Assembly: GCA_033764015.1 (NCBI GenBank)
Contig: JANRJK010000013.1
Coordinates: 542,174-606,173 of the forward strand
Reading direction: 5' to 3'
DNA: 64,000 bases
DNA from: Candidatus Sumerlaeia bacterium
GTDB taxonomy: Bacteria; Sumerlaeota; Sumerlaeia; SLMS01; JANRJK01
The first letter of the stretch is position 1, and each line of letters opens with the position of its first letter. A program made the translations under genes and the position numbers. The notes beneath the pieces were generated by a model. The model did not search any database. It saw only the letters and a program-made list of their open reading frames with translations, and had not been told where the DNA came from. Below, piece after piece: positions 1-12,298 of this stretch.

Positions 1-266
1 CGGTAGCGCATGCCGTGCGATTCGCAGCCCACCTCGACCAGCCGGTCAGGCTCGAGCGCCGTCAGCTCCAGCACCTCGGTCGCCTCCTTGCCGAACATGA
101 TCCGCTTCTCGCGCCACTTCGTTCCGACGCCGCACTCGCCGGGCGTGAGCATCTCGACCGACTTGATCGCCGGGATGCGCGAGGGGCTGCCGGGGATGTC
201 GATCAGCGCGGCGTAGACGGCCGGGGGAGGGGCGTCGATCCGGTGCTCGGTTTCGAAGGCGGGCAT
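1..266 (-). CDS. SRPBCC-family (polyketide cyclase/START-like) protein, 3' partial at the window edge
   Basis: Minus-strand ORF begins with ATG at 266-264, preceded by AGGAGA. Translation MPAFETEHRIDAPPPAVYAALIDIPGSPSRIPAIKSVEMLTPGECGVGTKWREKRIMFGKE... is typical of the SRPBCC fold. It runs off the window start. Confidence 0.6.
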   Translation of the reverse strand, partial: MPAFETEHRIDAPPPAVYAALIDIPGSPSRIPAIKSVEMLTPGECGVGTKWREKRIMFGKEATEVLELTALEPDRLVEVGCESHGMRY

Positions 267-418
267 GGCGGGTCTCCTGTTCGTGGGGCCATTGATCGCA
301 GCCCTATCGCCTCGCCTTGGCAAGTCGCAAACCGGTGGCTGGCATCGGCGGTCGCGCTTGACCGTGCACTAAGGAAGCGCTTGATTATCGCCTTCGGCCT
401 TTAAAGGGGTGGCCCGCC

Positions 419-1195
419 ATGTATCCGCGCCGACTTTCCGTGCTCTCCGCCTGCCTGCTCCTCGCGGCGGCATTTCTGCTCCAGTCCTGCAAGAAGGCGG
501 AGGAGGCCCCGGCGGGTCCCGTCCGCGACAAGGTGGTCGTCGGCACCGAGGCGGCCTACCCGCCGATGGAGTTCGTCGACGACGCCGGCGAGATCACCGG
601 CTTCGACATCGAGCTGATGCGCGCCATCGCCGCCGAGGCAGACTTCGACGTCGAATTCCGCAACCTCTCCTGGGACGCGCTCTTCGGCACGCTGATGAAT
701 GGCGACATCGACGCCATCGTGTCCTCGGTCACCATCACCGAGGAGCGGAAGAAGACCATGGCCTTCACCGATCCCTACATCAACAGCGGCCAGCGCCTGA
801 TCGTCCACAAGGACCGGGGCGGGAAGGACAACCGCCTCGAGACGATGGACGGCCAGACCATCGGCGTCCAGATCGGCACCACGGGCGCGACGCTGCTGGA
901 GGACCTGTTCCCGAACGTCAAGGTGCGCGTTTACGAGAACGTTATCCTTGGCTTCGAGGATTTGTCGCAGGGTAACCTCGACGGATTCTTCGTGGATGCG
1001 CCCGTGGCGGCGTACTACCGCGACCGCGGCCGCTTCGAGAACCTGCTCTTCGTCGAGCAGGAGTACTCATCGGAGCAGTACGGGATCGTGGTGGGCCAGG
1101 AGAACGCCGAGCTGCTCGCTCGCATCAACGACGGCCTCGCGAAGGCGAAAGAGAAGGGCATTGTTAAGCAACTCGAGGACAAGTGGCTCCGCTAG
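419..1195 (+). CDS. Amino-acid ABC transporter substrate-binding lipoprotein (polar amino acid, family 3 SBP)
   Basis: 258 aa with signal peptide and lipobox (LLQSC). Carries SBP_bac_3-like motifs (VGTEAAYPPMEF, GFDIELMRAIA, WDALFGTLMNGDIDAIVSSVTIT). Confidence 0.8.
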   Translation: MYPRRLSVLSACLLLAAAFLLQSCKKAEEAPAGPVRDKVVVGTEAAYPPMEFVDDAGEITGFDIELMRAIAAEADFDVEFRNLSWDALFGTLMNGDIDAIVSSVTITEERKKTMAFTDPYINSGQRLIVHKDRGGKDNRLETMDGQTIGVQIGTTGATLLEDLFPNVKVRVYENVILGFEDLSQGNLDGFFVDAPVAAYYRDRGRFENLLFVEQEYSSEQYGIVVGQENAELLARINDGLAKAKEKGIVKQLEDKWLR

Positions 1196-1199
1196 TCTC

Positions 1200-1964
1200 G
1201 CGTGGTGGGCGGTCCTCGGGCTGTCCGCGGCGCTCGCGGCCGGCGCCCTCCTGCATGACACGAACCGCGAGACGAACCCGTTCTGGCGGCTCTCCGAGAC
1301 AATCCTGACGGCGTCGAAGACGACGCTCTACCTGATGGCCGCGTCCGCCGCGCTGGCCACGCTCTTCGGCATCGTCATCGCCGTCTTCCGGGTGTCGCGG
1401 AAGAAGCCGCTCCAATTCCTCGGCGCCATCTACGTCGAGCTGATCCGCGGCGTGCCGCTGCTCGTGCTCCTGCTGCTGATCTACTACGGCGTGAACCGCC
1501 ACCTGGGGCCCACGTCGAACCCAACGGGTCTCGACCTCCGCCTGAGTCAGTTCTGGGCCGCGGTCGTGGGCATCTCGCTTTGCTACGCGGCGTTCATCGG
1601 CGAAGCGATCCGCGCCGGAATCCAGGCGATCCCGCCGGAGGAGATCGAGGCCGCCGTCCTCGAAGGCAACCGCTTCCAGGTCTACCGCTACATCATCGTG
1701 CCCCAGGCGTTCCGCATCGTCCTGCCCTCGTGGACCAACGAGATGGTGGCGATGCTGAAGGACACGTCGCTCGTCTACGCGGTCGCGCTGACCGACATCA
1801 CCTGGGCGGCGAAGATCTTCGGCGCCAGCACGGGCTACTACTTCGAGGCATACGGCGCCGTCGCGCTCGTGTACGCGGTGCTCACGCTGCTGCTGAGCCG
1901 CTTCGCCCGGTGGCTCGAGCTGACGCTCCAGGTCGAGCAGTTCCACGCGGGCAACACGCACTAG
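1200..1964 (+). CDS. Amino-acid ABC transporter permease (HisM/GlnP family)
   Basis: Multi-TM protein with the EAA-like loop 'FIGEAIRAGIQAIPPEEIEAAVLEGNRFQVYRYIIVPQAFRIVLP'. It is in the frame of ORF 948..1964. The true start is near 1200 and probably non-ATG, so it is uncertain. Confidence 0.7.
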   Translation, partial: AWWAVLGLSAALAAGALLHDTNRETNPFWRLSETILTASKTTLYLMAASAALATLFGIVIAVFRVSRKKPLQFLGAIYVELIRGVPLLVLLLLIYYGVNRHLGPTSNPTGLDLRLSQFWAAVVGISLCYAAFIGEAIRAGIQAIPPEEIEAAVLEGNRFQVYRYIIVPQAFRIVLPSWTNEMVAMLKDTSLVYAVALTDITWAAKIFGASTGYYFEAYGAVALVYAVLTLLLSRFARWLELTLQVEQFHAGNTH

Positions 1965-1973
1965 CCGGCGCGG

Positions 1974-3869
1974 TCACTTCGGGATGTAGTGGTGCCCCCA
2001 GCCGCGCGCCTCGCGGTCCGCGAGGATGTGCACGGTCCGAACCCGGTCGAGCAGGGCGGACGAGAACGACGAGAGCGGCATGTGGATCACGCCGACGCCG
2101 ACGTGGCGCGCGAGCTCGCGCAGGTCCGCGTCGATCGGCGCGGCGGACACCACCGCGACGTGGCGCTGGCGCGAGAGAAGGATCGCCGCGGCCACCAGCG
2201 CCCGCCCGTGCGTCCGCCACGGGACCACGAAGGCGGGCTCGCTCCAGATGTCCGGGATGCCGCACGCCGGGTAGACGGAGAGCAGCGCGTCGTAGCGGCT
2301 GCGGCTGATGCCGGGGCCCACCGCGTCCTTCCCCGGGGTGGGCGCGCAGACCACCGCGATGTCCGACTCGTTCTGGTTCTCGGCGTAGAGCGTCGCGCGC
2401 CACAGCCCGCCGGTGCGCATCGGTGTGTCGTGCCAGAGGATCACGACGGGGCCGATGCGTCCGCGCGGCGACAGGTCGCGGCGCACGAAGAGCTTCCCCT
2501 CGTGCGCGCGGCGGATCGTCTCGCGCGTGTCGAGGCCGTCGAGAAAGCTGGTCGAGAACTCCTCCACGCGGCGCTGGCCCTCGCTGAGCTTCTCGAGCGC
2601 GCGTTGGCGCACGTAGCGGAGGAACGCCTCGAGGCGGATGTCCTCCGGCGGCCAAGAGCAGATCGTCGAGGAGCGGAAGCCGCCGGACTTGCGTAGCTTC
2701 TCCCAGTAGGCGGCTGCCTGCGCGGCGGTGGGTTTGCGGCGGAAGCTGAACACCAGCTCGCGCAGGTCGCCCGACGGGTAGGCGGGTTCGATCCGCGTGG
2801 TGCCCTCGGGGAACTCGGCGTAAAGGCTGAGGCTCTCGTGGCGGAGCGTCCGCGTCTCCTCCGCACCCGGCGCGGCGTCCTCCGAAGCCTCGGCGGGCTC
2901 CTCCGGGGCGGCGCCGGTGTTCGGTGGATAGCGTGTCGCCAGGTCGAACAGCAGCGCGCCGTACTCGTCGTCCACGCAGGCCTTCGCCGCCTGCACCAGG
3001 TCGGAGAAATCGGGCAGCATCCGGCCGCGCACCAGCGCGAGGTTCCTGGCGTACTGGCGGAGAGCCTTCCACTCGGTGGGGGAGACGCGGCGTTTCACGC
3101 GCCTCGCATAGCGACGCCCCGCGTGGCGCAGCATGGCGCCCATGGCGGAGCCTCGCTCGAAAGGCGTCGCGAGTCCCGGCGAGTCGTGCCGGAACCGCTC
3201 GTAGCGGTAGAGCAGGTACGGCAGTTCGATGGAGGCGTGGCCGCTCTTCGACTCGGGGATGGGGAGCAGCTCGCACTCGGAAACGTCGTCGTCGGAGGCG
3301 AGCTTGCCGGGCGGGATTCCTTCGCGCCAGAGGCGCCGCAGCGCGGCCGCCACGGGGAACGAAACCACGAGCAGCGTCCGCGGCGAGCGCTCCTCGATGA
3401 GGCGGACGCGCCGCGCGATGGTGAGCATCCGCTCGTCGGGCGCGATGTCCGCGAAGGCGTCGAGGCACCGCGAAGCGTACTCGGCGAAGCCGAGCGCGGG
3501 CGCCGCGTCGCCGTCCGGCAGCGGAGGGTGCGGGGAGCCGCTCGCCCCCTGCGGGACGTCGAGGAGTTCGCTGTCCACGGCGTAGTCGAGCGCGAGCCGG
3601 CAGGCCTCGACCGCCGCGTCGGCGGGGTCGTTCGCCACGAACCAGCCGCGCCCCGCGCCGTCGCGGTAAGCCAGCATCATCAGCTCCGGCAGGTGCTCCA
3701 GCAGCTCGAAGCACCGCGGCGTGATCGCGCGCGGGAGCTCGGCGGCCACCGTGTCCGGGCGGAGTTCGTGGAACGCCCGCCGCACCGCGTTCACGAAGGC
3801 GAAGCGCCCCCGGACGAAGGGGACCAGGAACAGGGTGTCGGTCAGCGGGACGTAGGTCTGGGTGGCCAC
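1974..3869 (-). CDS. Conserved hypothetical protein (631 aa)
   Basis: Long ORF with protein-like composition and a GTG start at 3869. It lies 9 nt downstream of tyrA on the same strand. I recognised no family by eye. Confidence 0.55.
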   Translation of the reverse strand: MATQTYVPLTDTLFLVPFVRGRFAFVNAVRRAFHELRPDTVAAELPRAITPRCFELLEHLPELMMLAYRDGAGRGWFVANDPADAAVEACRLALDYAVDSELLDVPQGASGSPHPPLPDGDAAPALGFAEYASRCLDAFADIAPDERMLTIARRVRLIEERSPRTLLVVSFPVAAALRRLWREGIPPGKLASDDDVSECELLPIPESKSGHASIELPYLLYRYERFRHDSPGLATPFERGSAMGAMLRHAGRRYARRVKRRVSPTEWKALRQYARNLALVRGRMLPDFSDLVQAAKACVDDEYGALLFDLATRYPPNTGAAPEEPAEASEDAAPGAEETRTLRHESLSLYAEFPEGTTRIEPAYPSGDLRELVFSFRRKPTAAQAAAYWEKLRKSGGFRSSTICSWPPEDIRLEAFLRYVRQRALEKLSEGQRRVEEFSTSFLDGLDTRETIRRAHEGKLFVRRDLSPRGRIGPVVILWHDTPMRTGGLWRATLYAENQNESDIAVVCAPTPGKDAVGPGISRSRYDALLSVYPACGIPDIWSEPAFVVPWRTHGRALVAAAILLSRQRHVAVVSAAPIDADLRELARHVGVGVIHMPLSSFSSALLDRVRTVHILADREARGWGHHYIPK

Positions 3870-3878
3870 GGCGGCGGC

Positions 3879-5006
3879 TCAGAAGCGCTCGACGAGCTTG
3901 TCGATCAGGTACGTGCTCTCGCGGATCGCCTGGTCGCCGAAGGGGCCGAACCACTCGGCGATGCGCATGAACTCGCGGTGGAACGCCTCGCGGTCGCCCG
4001 CCTCGACCATCGGGAGGTTCGCGTGCAGCGAGGCGGCGTACTCCGCCAGCAGCGCCCGGCGCTCCGCCGTGGCGAAGATGATCTCCGCGTAGAGGTCCGG
4101 GTCCTGCGCGAAGAGGCGCCCGACCATGGCCAGCTCGAGGCGGTAGATCGGGCTGGAGAAGTCGAGGGTTCGCCGCAGGTCGACGCGCCGCCGCTCGAGG
4201 AACTGCCCGAAGGCGAAGGTGGCGAAGTGGCGCAGCGCCTGCACCACCGCCATCGCCTCGTCGTGCTCCTCCGCGGTCGCGGGCATGACGACCGCGCCCC
4301 AGGCCGCGAGCTGCTCGAGCAGCCATGAGCAGCGCTCCGGCGCGCGGCCCTCGACCGCCACGACGATCTGCTTGTCGAGCGTGTGCGTCGTGGGGCCGAA
4401 CATCGGGTGGAGCCCGAGCACCGGCCCCGCGTGCGCGGCGAGCATCGCGCGCACCGGGCCCGCCTTCACGCTGGTGATGTCGGCGAGGACGCACTCCGGC
4501 GGCAGCACCCCGGACACCTGCGCGACGACCGACTCGGTGCGGTCGATCGGCACCGAGACGATGGCTGCGTCGCAGCCCGCCGCCAGCGTCCGGGCCCGGG
4601 GCCAGTCGCCCCGGTCCAGCACGCGGGCCTCGTAGCCCGCGTCCTCGAACCAGCGCCGCAGGCAGCGCCCCATGGCGCCGTCGCCTCCGACCAGCAGCAC
4701 GCGAGCACCGGGGCGCACCGCGTGGCGCGCCGTTTCGCGCCCCTGCTGGACGCGGCTTTCGCGCAGCAGCCGCCGGAACACGTCCTCGACGCAATCGGGC
4801 GGGAGCCCCGCGGCGAGGGCGCGCGCGCGGCGGTCCGTGATCAAGTCCTCCTCGCGCGACGGGTGGTAGACGGGGAGTCCATGGGCCTTCTTATGCGCGG
4901 CCACGCGCTCCACCGCGCCGCGCCGCCGCGCCAGCAGCGCCAGCAGCTCGCCGTCGATCGCGTCGATCTCCTCCCGGAGCGCTCCGAGTCCGCTGTCCGC
5001 GCTCAC
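3879..5006 (-). CDS. tyrA: Bifunctional chorismate mutase / prephenate dehydrogenase (T-protein)
   Basis: N-terminal chorismate-mutase helix region (LREEIDAIDGELLALLARRRGAVERVAAHK) followed by a prephenate dehydrogenase domain (VLLVGGDGAMGRCLRRW...HPMFGP). GTG start overlaps the upstream stop as GTGA. Confidence 0.85.
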   Translation of the reverse strand: MSADSGLGALREEIDAIDGELLALLARRRGAVERVAAHKKAHGLPVYHPSREEDLITDRRARALAAGLPPDCVEDVFRRLLRESRVQQGRETARHAVRPGARVLLVGGDGAMGRCLRRWFEDAGYEARVLDRGDWPRARTLAAGCDAAIVSVPIDRTESVVAQVSGVLPPECVLADITSVKAGPVRAMLAAHAGPVLGLHPMFGPTTHTLDKQIVVAVEGRAPERCSWLLEQLAAWGAVVMPATAEEHDEAMAVVQALRHFATFAFGQFLERRRVDLRRTLDFSSPIYRLELAMVGRLFAQDPDLYAEIIFATAERRALLAEYAASLHANLPMVEAGDREAFHREFMRIAEWFGPFGDQAIRESTYLIDKLVERF

Positions 5007-6483
5007 CCGCCCCCCCTGCCTTCCCGGTACGCCGCCTCGACGTCGGCGGCGGTGCGCGCCACGGCGCGGGCGGCGCCCAGCACCTGCTGGATCAACGCGT
5101 GGTGGCGCCCCTGCTCGCGGCTCAGGCGCCCCATCAGCTTCACCACGTCCGCGACGGCATCGAGGCGGCCCGAGGCGGCGAGGCGCTCCACGGCGATCTT
5201 GAGCACCGCGCCCGCGACCGTGGGATTGTTGTACGAGGCGATCTCGCTCGCGACGGCGAGCAGCCGCGGCGTGTCGCGCCAGTTCAGCGCGAGCGCCTCG
5301 CGGGCGGCGCGCTCCGCGCGGTCCGCCGCGCCGGACTGGACCGAGCGCCGGTAGGTTTCCATCCAGGAGGCGATCGCCTCCTCGTTGCGCCTCATGCGCC
5401 CGAGGATCCGCGCCTCGTGCTCGCGGATCCGGCTGCTGTCCGGGTGGCGATGGAGCGCTTGGCGGACCTTTTCGAGCGCGTCGGAAAGCCGGTGTTGGTC
5501 GGCTAGATCATAGACCGTCGCTTCCCATTCGATCCAAGGATCCCCCTCGGCGGAGTTGCTGTGCCGGGGGCGCTCGAACGGCAGCGCGATGTCGGCGGGG
5601 TCCTCCAGCACGCGGGGCGCGAGCGGGGGCGGCGCGGCCGACGGGGTTGGCCGGGCGGGCGGCGGGGGAGTCCACTCCGTCCGGACGGTCGCCGCCGCGG
5701 CAACGGCGGGCGCGGCCGCCACCGGTACGGCGGGGGGGATCTTCCACTCCGCCGAGCCCGGGGCCGGCCGGGGCTCCTCGCCGCGCTGCTGCGGCGCGCG
5801 CGGGGCGGCGGCGTTCTGCTGGCGGTCGCGGCGCACCTCCTGGCGGATCAGGCGCTCCGTCTCCCGGGCGCGCTTGTTGTCCTCGTGGCGCGCCTTGCGC
5901 TCCTCGCGCGTCGGCGCGGGCGTCCTTGGCGCGGCCCGCTCCGCCGAGGACTGCACGCCCCTCATCTTGTCGAGCTGGAACACATCGTAGGAGAACGTCG
6001 AGGCGCGGCGCTCCAGCTCGTGGAATCCGTTCGGATCCAGCGGCGAGCGGAACTCGAGAGGCTGCATCCGGAGCAGCAGCCGCGCGGTGCCCGGCGTGGG
6101 CGGCTCCTCGCTTCCGACGCGCGACGGGTCCTGAAGCCACCAGAACGGCGTCAGCGGGGCCGTGATGCCGCGCAACTCGGTCGTGCGAAGCACGCGCTGG
6201 ACGACATCGCCGATCCGCTCGAAGCCCGGCGGCGGCGCGGGACCCCCGCGCGACTGCACTACCGCGGAGCACTTCAGGAAGCTCCGCAGCGCCTTCGAGT
6301 GGTTCCCCAGCGCCAGCTCCGTCAGGCCGAGCGCGAAGCTCGCCGCGGCGTTCATGCGGTCGCGCTCCGCCACGGTGCGGATCTCGAGGCGCGCGAGCTG
6401 GTACATGCCCTTCTCGTAGAGGTTCGCCCAGCGGTCGAAGGTGTCGACCAGGACAAGGTTTCCGGCAGGTGCGGTGACAGGCA
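5003..6483 (-). CDS. Hypothetical protein with central Pro/Ala-rich low-complexity linker
   Basis: ORF 5003..6547 trimmed to the ATG at 6483, which is preceded by AGGAGGAG. Structured N- and C-terminal regions flank a roughly 100-aa P/A/R-rich segment. Translationally coupled to tyrA. Confidence 0.55.
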
Positions 6484-6556
6484 TCGGACTCCTCCTAGCG
6501 GGGCTGCCACCAGCAAGCGGGGAAAGGGGCCGCCCCCGCAAGGCCAAGCGGTCCGG

Positions 6557-9500
6557 TCAGCGCGGGCGCTCCGCGGAGAGGAAGTCCTCGAAGGTGCCCA
6601 CGCGGGGGTCGTAGCGGCGCGCCGCGTCGAGGAACCGCCTCGCCTGCGCTTCCCGGCCCGAGCGCAGGTACGCCTCCGCCATCAGGCGGTTCAGCGCCGA
6701 ACCGACGCTGTCCGTCGCCGGGTCGCCGGTGGGGGCGCCGAGGCGCTCGACCACGCGCGCGACCACGCCAACCGCGTCCTCGTAGCGCTCCTGCATGAGG
6801 TAGACGGTGCCGAGGCTGTGCGCCAACCACACCACGTTGCTGTCCAGGCGGCCGAGGTTGCGCTCGACGATGGCGCGCAGGTCTCGGAAATCGAGCAGCC
6901 GCTTGATCGAAACGTCGTCCGGCGCGAGGCGGTCCGCGTCGATGTAGTGCCGCGCGGCGAGCGCGAAGTCGTGCTTGCGGAAGGCGATGTGCCCTTCGAA
7001 CAGCACGGCGTGGGCCGCCTGCAGCGCGTCGAGCCGCGCGCCGTCCCGGGTGGCGTCGGGCAGGTTGTCGGCCACGTCGCGGACGGGCACCTGCGCGCGG
7101 TAAAGCTTGCGCATGTTGTACGCGAGCGGCGCGGGCCCGTAGCCGAAGCGCGGGCTCTCGAATTCGATCAGCGGGTGGTTCTCCGTGTTGATCGGTCCGT
7201 CGCCGAGGTAGCCGCGGACGCTGCGGGCGTCCGCCACGAAGCAGGAGATCAGCTTCAGCGGGTCCTGCAGGCTCAGCAGGTCGATGTCCTCCTGGATCGA
7301 GGGGATCGCGAGCGCGCGGGCGACGCGCGGGTAGTCGATGCGGAGCGGCCCCTTGCCGCCGATCAGAAGGCAATAGTGCGTGGGCTCGTTCGGGAAGAAC
7401 CACACGGTCATGTCGGGGAAGACGCGCTCGAAGGTGCGCAGCGCCATGCGGAACGCGCGGTCGCTCAGGCCGCCGAGCGGCATCCACACCACCACCAGGC
7501 CGTCGTCCGTGATCGCCTCGCGGCAGAGCGTGAAGTATTCGAGGTCGTACAGGTTCGCGTTCGACTTGTAGCGCAGGTCCGTGCAGTCCGTCGCGATCAC
7601 ATCGTACTTCAACTCCGTGAAGTGCAGGTACGCGCGAGCGTCGTCGAGCAGCACGCGGAAGCGCGGATCGAACGTCAGGAAGCCCGGGGCCGCGCGGTGG
7701 GTGTAGGCGGAGAGCGGGTGGCGGGCGCCGGGCAGCCGCTCGAGCCCCCCCGCGCGGGCGCGCTCGACGACGCGCTCCTCGTACACGATGCCGTGGCTCG
7801 CCTTCGTGAGCTCCCGCGCGGCGGAGAGCACCTCCGGCGAAATCTCGATCGTGTGGATCTCGGCGAGCTCCGGGTACTGCGTGTAGCTCCACGACGCGCC
7901 GCCGGCGCCGAAGCCGACCGACAGCACGCGCGTCGCCTCGCCGCCGAGCAGCGCCATCGGCATATGCGCCAGCGTCTTCTGGTCCGTCTGCAGGATGCGG
8001 TCCGTGCCGGCCACGCCGACATCGTCCACGTAGATCGTGCGCTCGCCCGCCTTGTCCTCCACGACCGATACCGTGGCGGTGGGGCCCTCCTTGTAGAAGA
8101 CGATCGTCTCGTCTCCTTGGATGCGCTGGAACGGGTGCTGGTTCGCGAGCCCCCACACGCGGGCGAGCAGGAGCGCGCTTGCGAGCGCCGCGGCCGGCGC
8201 AAGCCACGCGCGGCCCGGGAGTTCCTCCCGCGCCGCCAGCGCGATGCCGGCGACGCCGATCGCCAGGTACATCCCTGTGAACACCGTGATGCAGGTGCCG
8301 ATCCCGAACAGCGGAATCAGCACGAAGCCCGACAGGAAGGAACCGAAGATCGCGCCCACGGTGTTCGCCGCGTAGAGCCGGCCCACGTCGCCGCCGAGGC
8401 CGGCGCGCTCGCGCACCACGAGCGCCGTCGCGATCGGGAAACCCACACCCATCAGGAACGTCGGCAGCAGGATCGCCGCCGCCGTTCGGAAGAGGACGTT
8501 GCCGACCGCGAGCGGCCAGTTCAGCACTTCGTTCTCGATGTCGGTGATGCCGATGCGCAGATCGGTGATGATGAAGAACGAGAGGGCCGCGCCGAGACCG
8601 ACGCCCAGTTGGAGCAGCGCGTACGCCGTGAGCAGGTGCCGCACGCGGGAAACGAAGCGCTCCATCAACGCCGAGCCGAACGCGAGGCCCAGCAGGAACA
8701 CGAGCAGCATCCCGCTGAAGGAGTAGGTCGTGGCCTTCAGCGTGTCGAAGCTGTAGATCAACGCCCGGAACCAGCACACTTGGAGGCCCAGCGCAGCGAG
8801 CCCGCTGAAAACGTAGGTGGCGAGGACGAAGCGCCGCGCGGGCGACGGCGCGGGCTTGGGCTCCCGGGTACCCGGCTCCGACCCCGCCCGCCGTGCGACG
8901 AAGTGGCGGCCGCCCAGCACCACCGCCAACGCGCCGAACGCGATGTTCACCAGCGCCGTCACGGCCAGCGTCTGGAAGACTCCCAGGTGCTCGATCAGCA
9001 GGAAACCCGAAAGGAACACGCCGGCGCACGCGCCCGATGTGTGGAGCGCGTAGAGCCGGCCCACGGGCTGGCCGAAGGTGCGGGCATGCGCCGAGTACGC
9101 CTTCGACAGCACCGGCAGGCACGCGCCCATCAGCGTGGTCGGCACCAGCATCAGCACGAACACCAGGATGAACCGCACCAGTGTGAACACGTGGAAATGC
9201 GTGTCGCCTCCGGTGGCGTAGAGGGCTCCCACGATGGGTTCGGTCAGCCTCAGCGCGAACGGGAACAGCAGTGCCGTCGCGCCGACGCCGATCTCGAGCC
9301 AGCCATACAGCCTGAGCGGCTTCTCCACGCGGTCCGCCCGCCGCCCGAGCGCCCACGCGCCGAGCGCCAGCCCACCCATGAAGCTGGTCAGCACCGTCGC
9401 CACCGCGTACAGCGATGCGCCGAAGAAGTTCACCAGCGCGCGCGTCCAGACAACCTCGTAAACGAGGCTCGCAGCGCCGCTGAGGAAGAAGATCCCCGCG

Positions 9501-9580
9501 ACGAGCGGAAAGAGCCAGCGCGGCGGGGGGGAGCCCTCCGCCGCGCCTTCCAAGTCGTTCCTGCTTGCCGGGTCCGCCAC
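6557..9580 (-). CDS. Fused MFS-like membrane domain / spermidine synthase-like (PABS) domain / C-terminal TPR protein (about 1000 aa)
   Basis: This is the distal part of the merged 1900-aa ORF. It has multiple TM segments (LVYEVVWTRAL..., LLVFLLGLAFGS...), then an aminopropyltransferase-like core (VLSVGFGAGGASWSY...DVIATDCTDL) and a TPR tail (AEAYLRSGREAQARRFL). It starts just after the gyrA stop, so the start is uncertain (GTG 9589/9580 or TTG 9553). Confidence 0.75.
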   Translation of the reverse strand: MADPASRNDLEGAAEGSPPPRWLFPLVAGIFFLSGAASLVYEVVWTRALVNFFGASLYAVATVLTSFMGGLALGAWALGRRADRVEKPLRLYGWLEIGVGATALLFPFALRLTEPIVGALYATGGDTHFHVFTLVRFILVFVLMLVPTTLMGACLPVLSKAYSAHARTFGQPVGRLYALHTSGACAGVFLSGFLLIEHLGVFQTLAVTALVNIAFGALAVVLGGRHFVARRAGSEPGTREPKPAPSPARRFVLATYVFSGLAALGLQVCWFRALIYSFDTLKATTYSFSGMLLVFLLGLAFGSALMERFVSRVRHLLTAYALLQLGVGLGAALSFFIITDLRIGITDIENEVLNWPLAVGNVLFRTAAAILLPTFLMGVGFPIATALVVRERAGLGGDVGRLYAANTVGAIFGSFLSGFVLIPLFGIGTCITVFTGMYLAIGVAGIALAAREELPGRAWLAPAAALASALLLARVWGLANQHPFQRIQGDETIVFYKEGPTATVSVVEDKAGERTIYVDDVGVAGTDRILQTDQKTLAHMPMALLGGEATRVLSVGFGAGGASWSYTQYPELAEIHTIEISPEVLSAARELTKASHGIVYEERVVERARAGGLERLPGARHPLSAYTHRAAPGFLTFDPRFRVLLDDARAYLHFTELKYDVIATDCTDLRYKSNANLYDLEYFTLCREAITDDGLVVVWMPLGGLSDRAFRMALRTFERVFPDMTVWFFPNEPTHYCLLIGGKGPLRIDYPRVARALAIPSIQEDIDLLSLQDPLKLISCFVADARSVRGYLGDGPINTENHPLIEFESPRFGYGPAPLAYNMRKLYRAQVPVRDVADNLPDATRDGARLDALQAAHAVLFEGHIAFRKHDFALAARHYIDADRLAPDDVSIKRLLDFRDLRAIVERNLGRLDSNVVWLAHSLGTVYLMQERYEDAVGVVARVVERLGAPTGDPATDSVGSALNRLMAEAYLRSGREAQARRFLDAARRYDPRVGTFEDFLSAERPR

Positions 9581-9591
9581 GCGTCGCACCG

Positions 9592-12093
<2,502 letters not shown>

Positions 12094-12104
12094 GCGTCTC
12101 TACG

Positions 12105-12130
12105 GGATCGGGATCGGGGAAGGGGGCGGG
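12105..12130 (+). promoter_or_regulatory. G-quadruplex-forming motif (GGG-N3-GGG-N3-GGGG-N2-GGGGG-N1-GGGG) in the gyrA 5' region
   Basis: The sequence gggatcgggatcggggaagggggcgggg is read directly. It lies immediately upstream of the gyrA start, on the opposite strand. Confidence 0.4.
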
Positions 12131-12298
12131 GCCGCCGCGGCGCCGCGCGGGACCGCCAGAGTCGCGCCCCCGGCCCCGCCGCCACAAGGGGGAAGGTGCC
12201 CCCGCCCGCGCGCGCCCGGAGGCGCTTCTCCGCTTGTGGCCCCGGACCCGTTCCGCCACGTTTGCGCCATCAGAAGCCTTTCCTCCCCGGGGGTTCCC

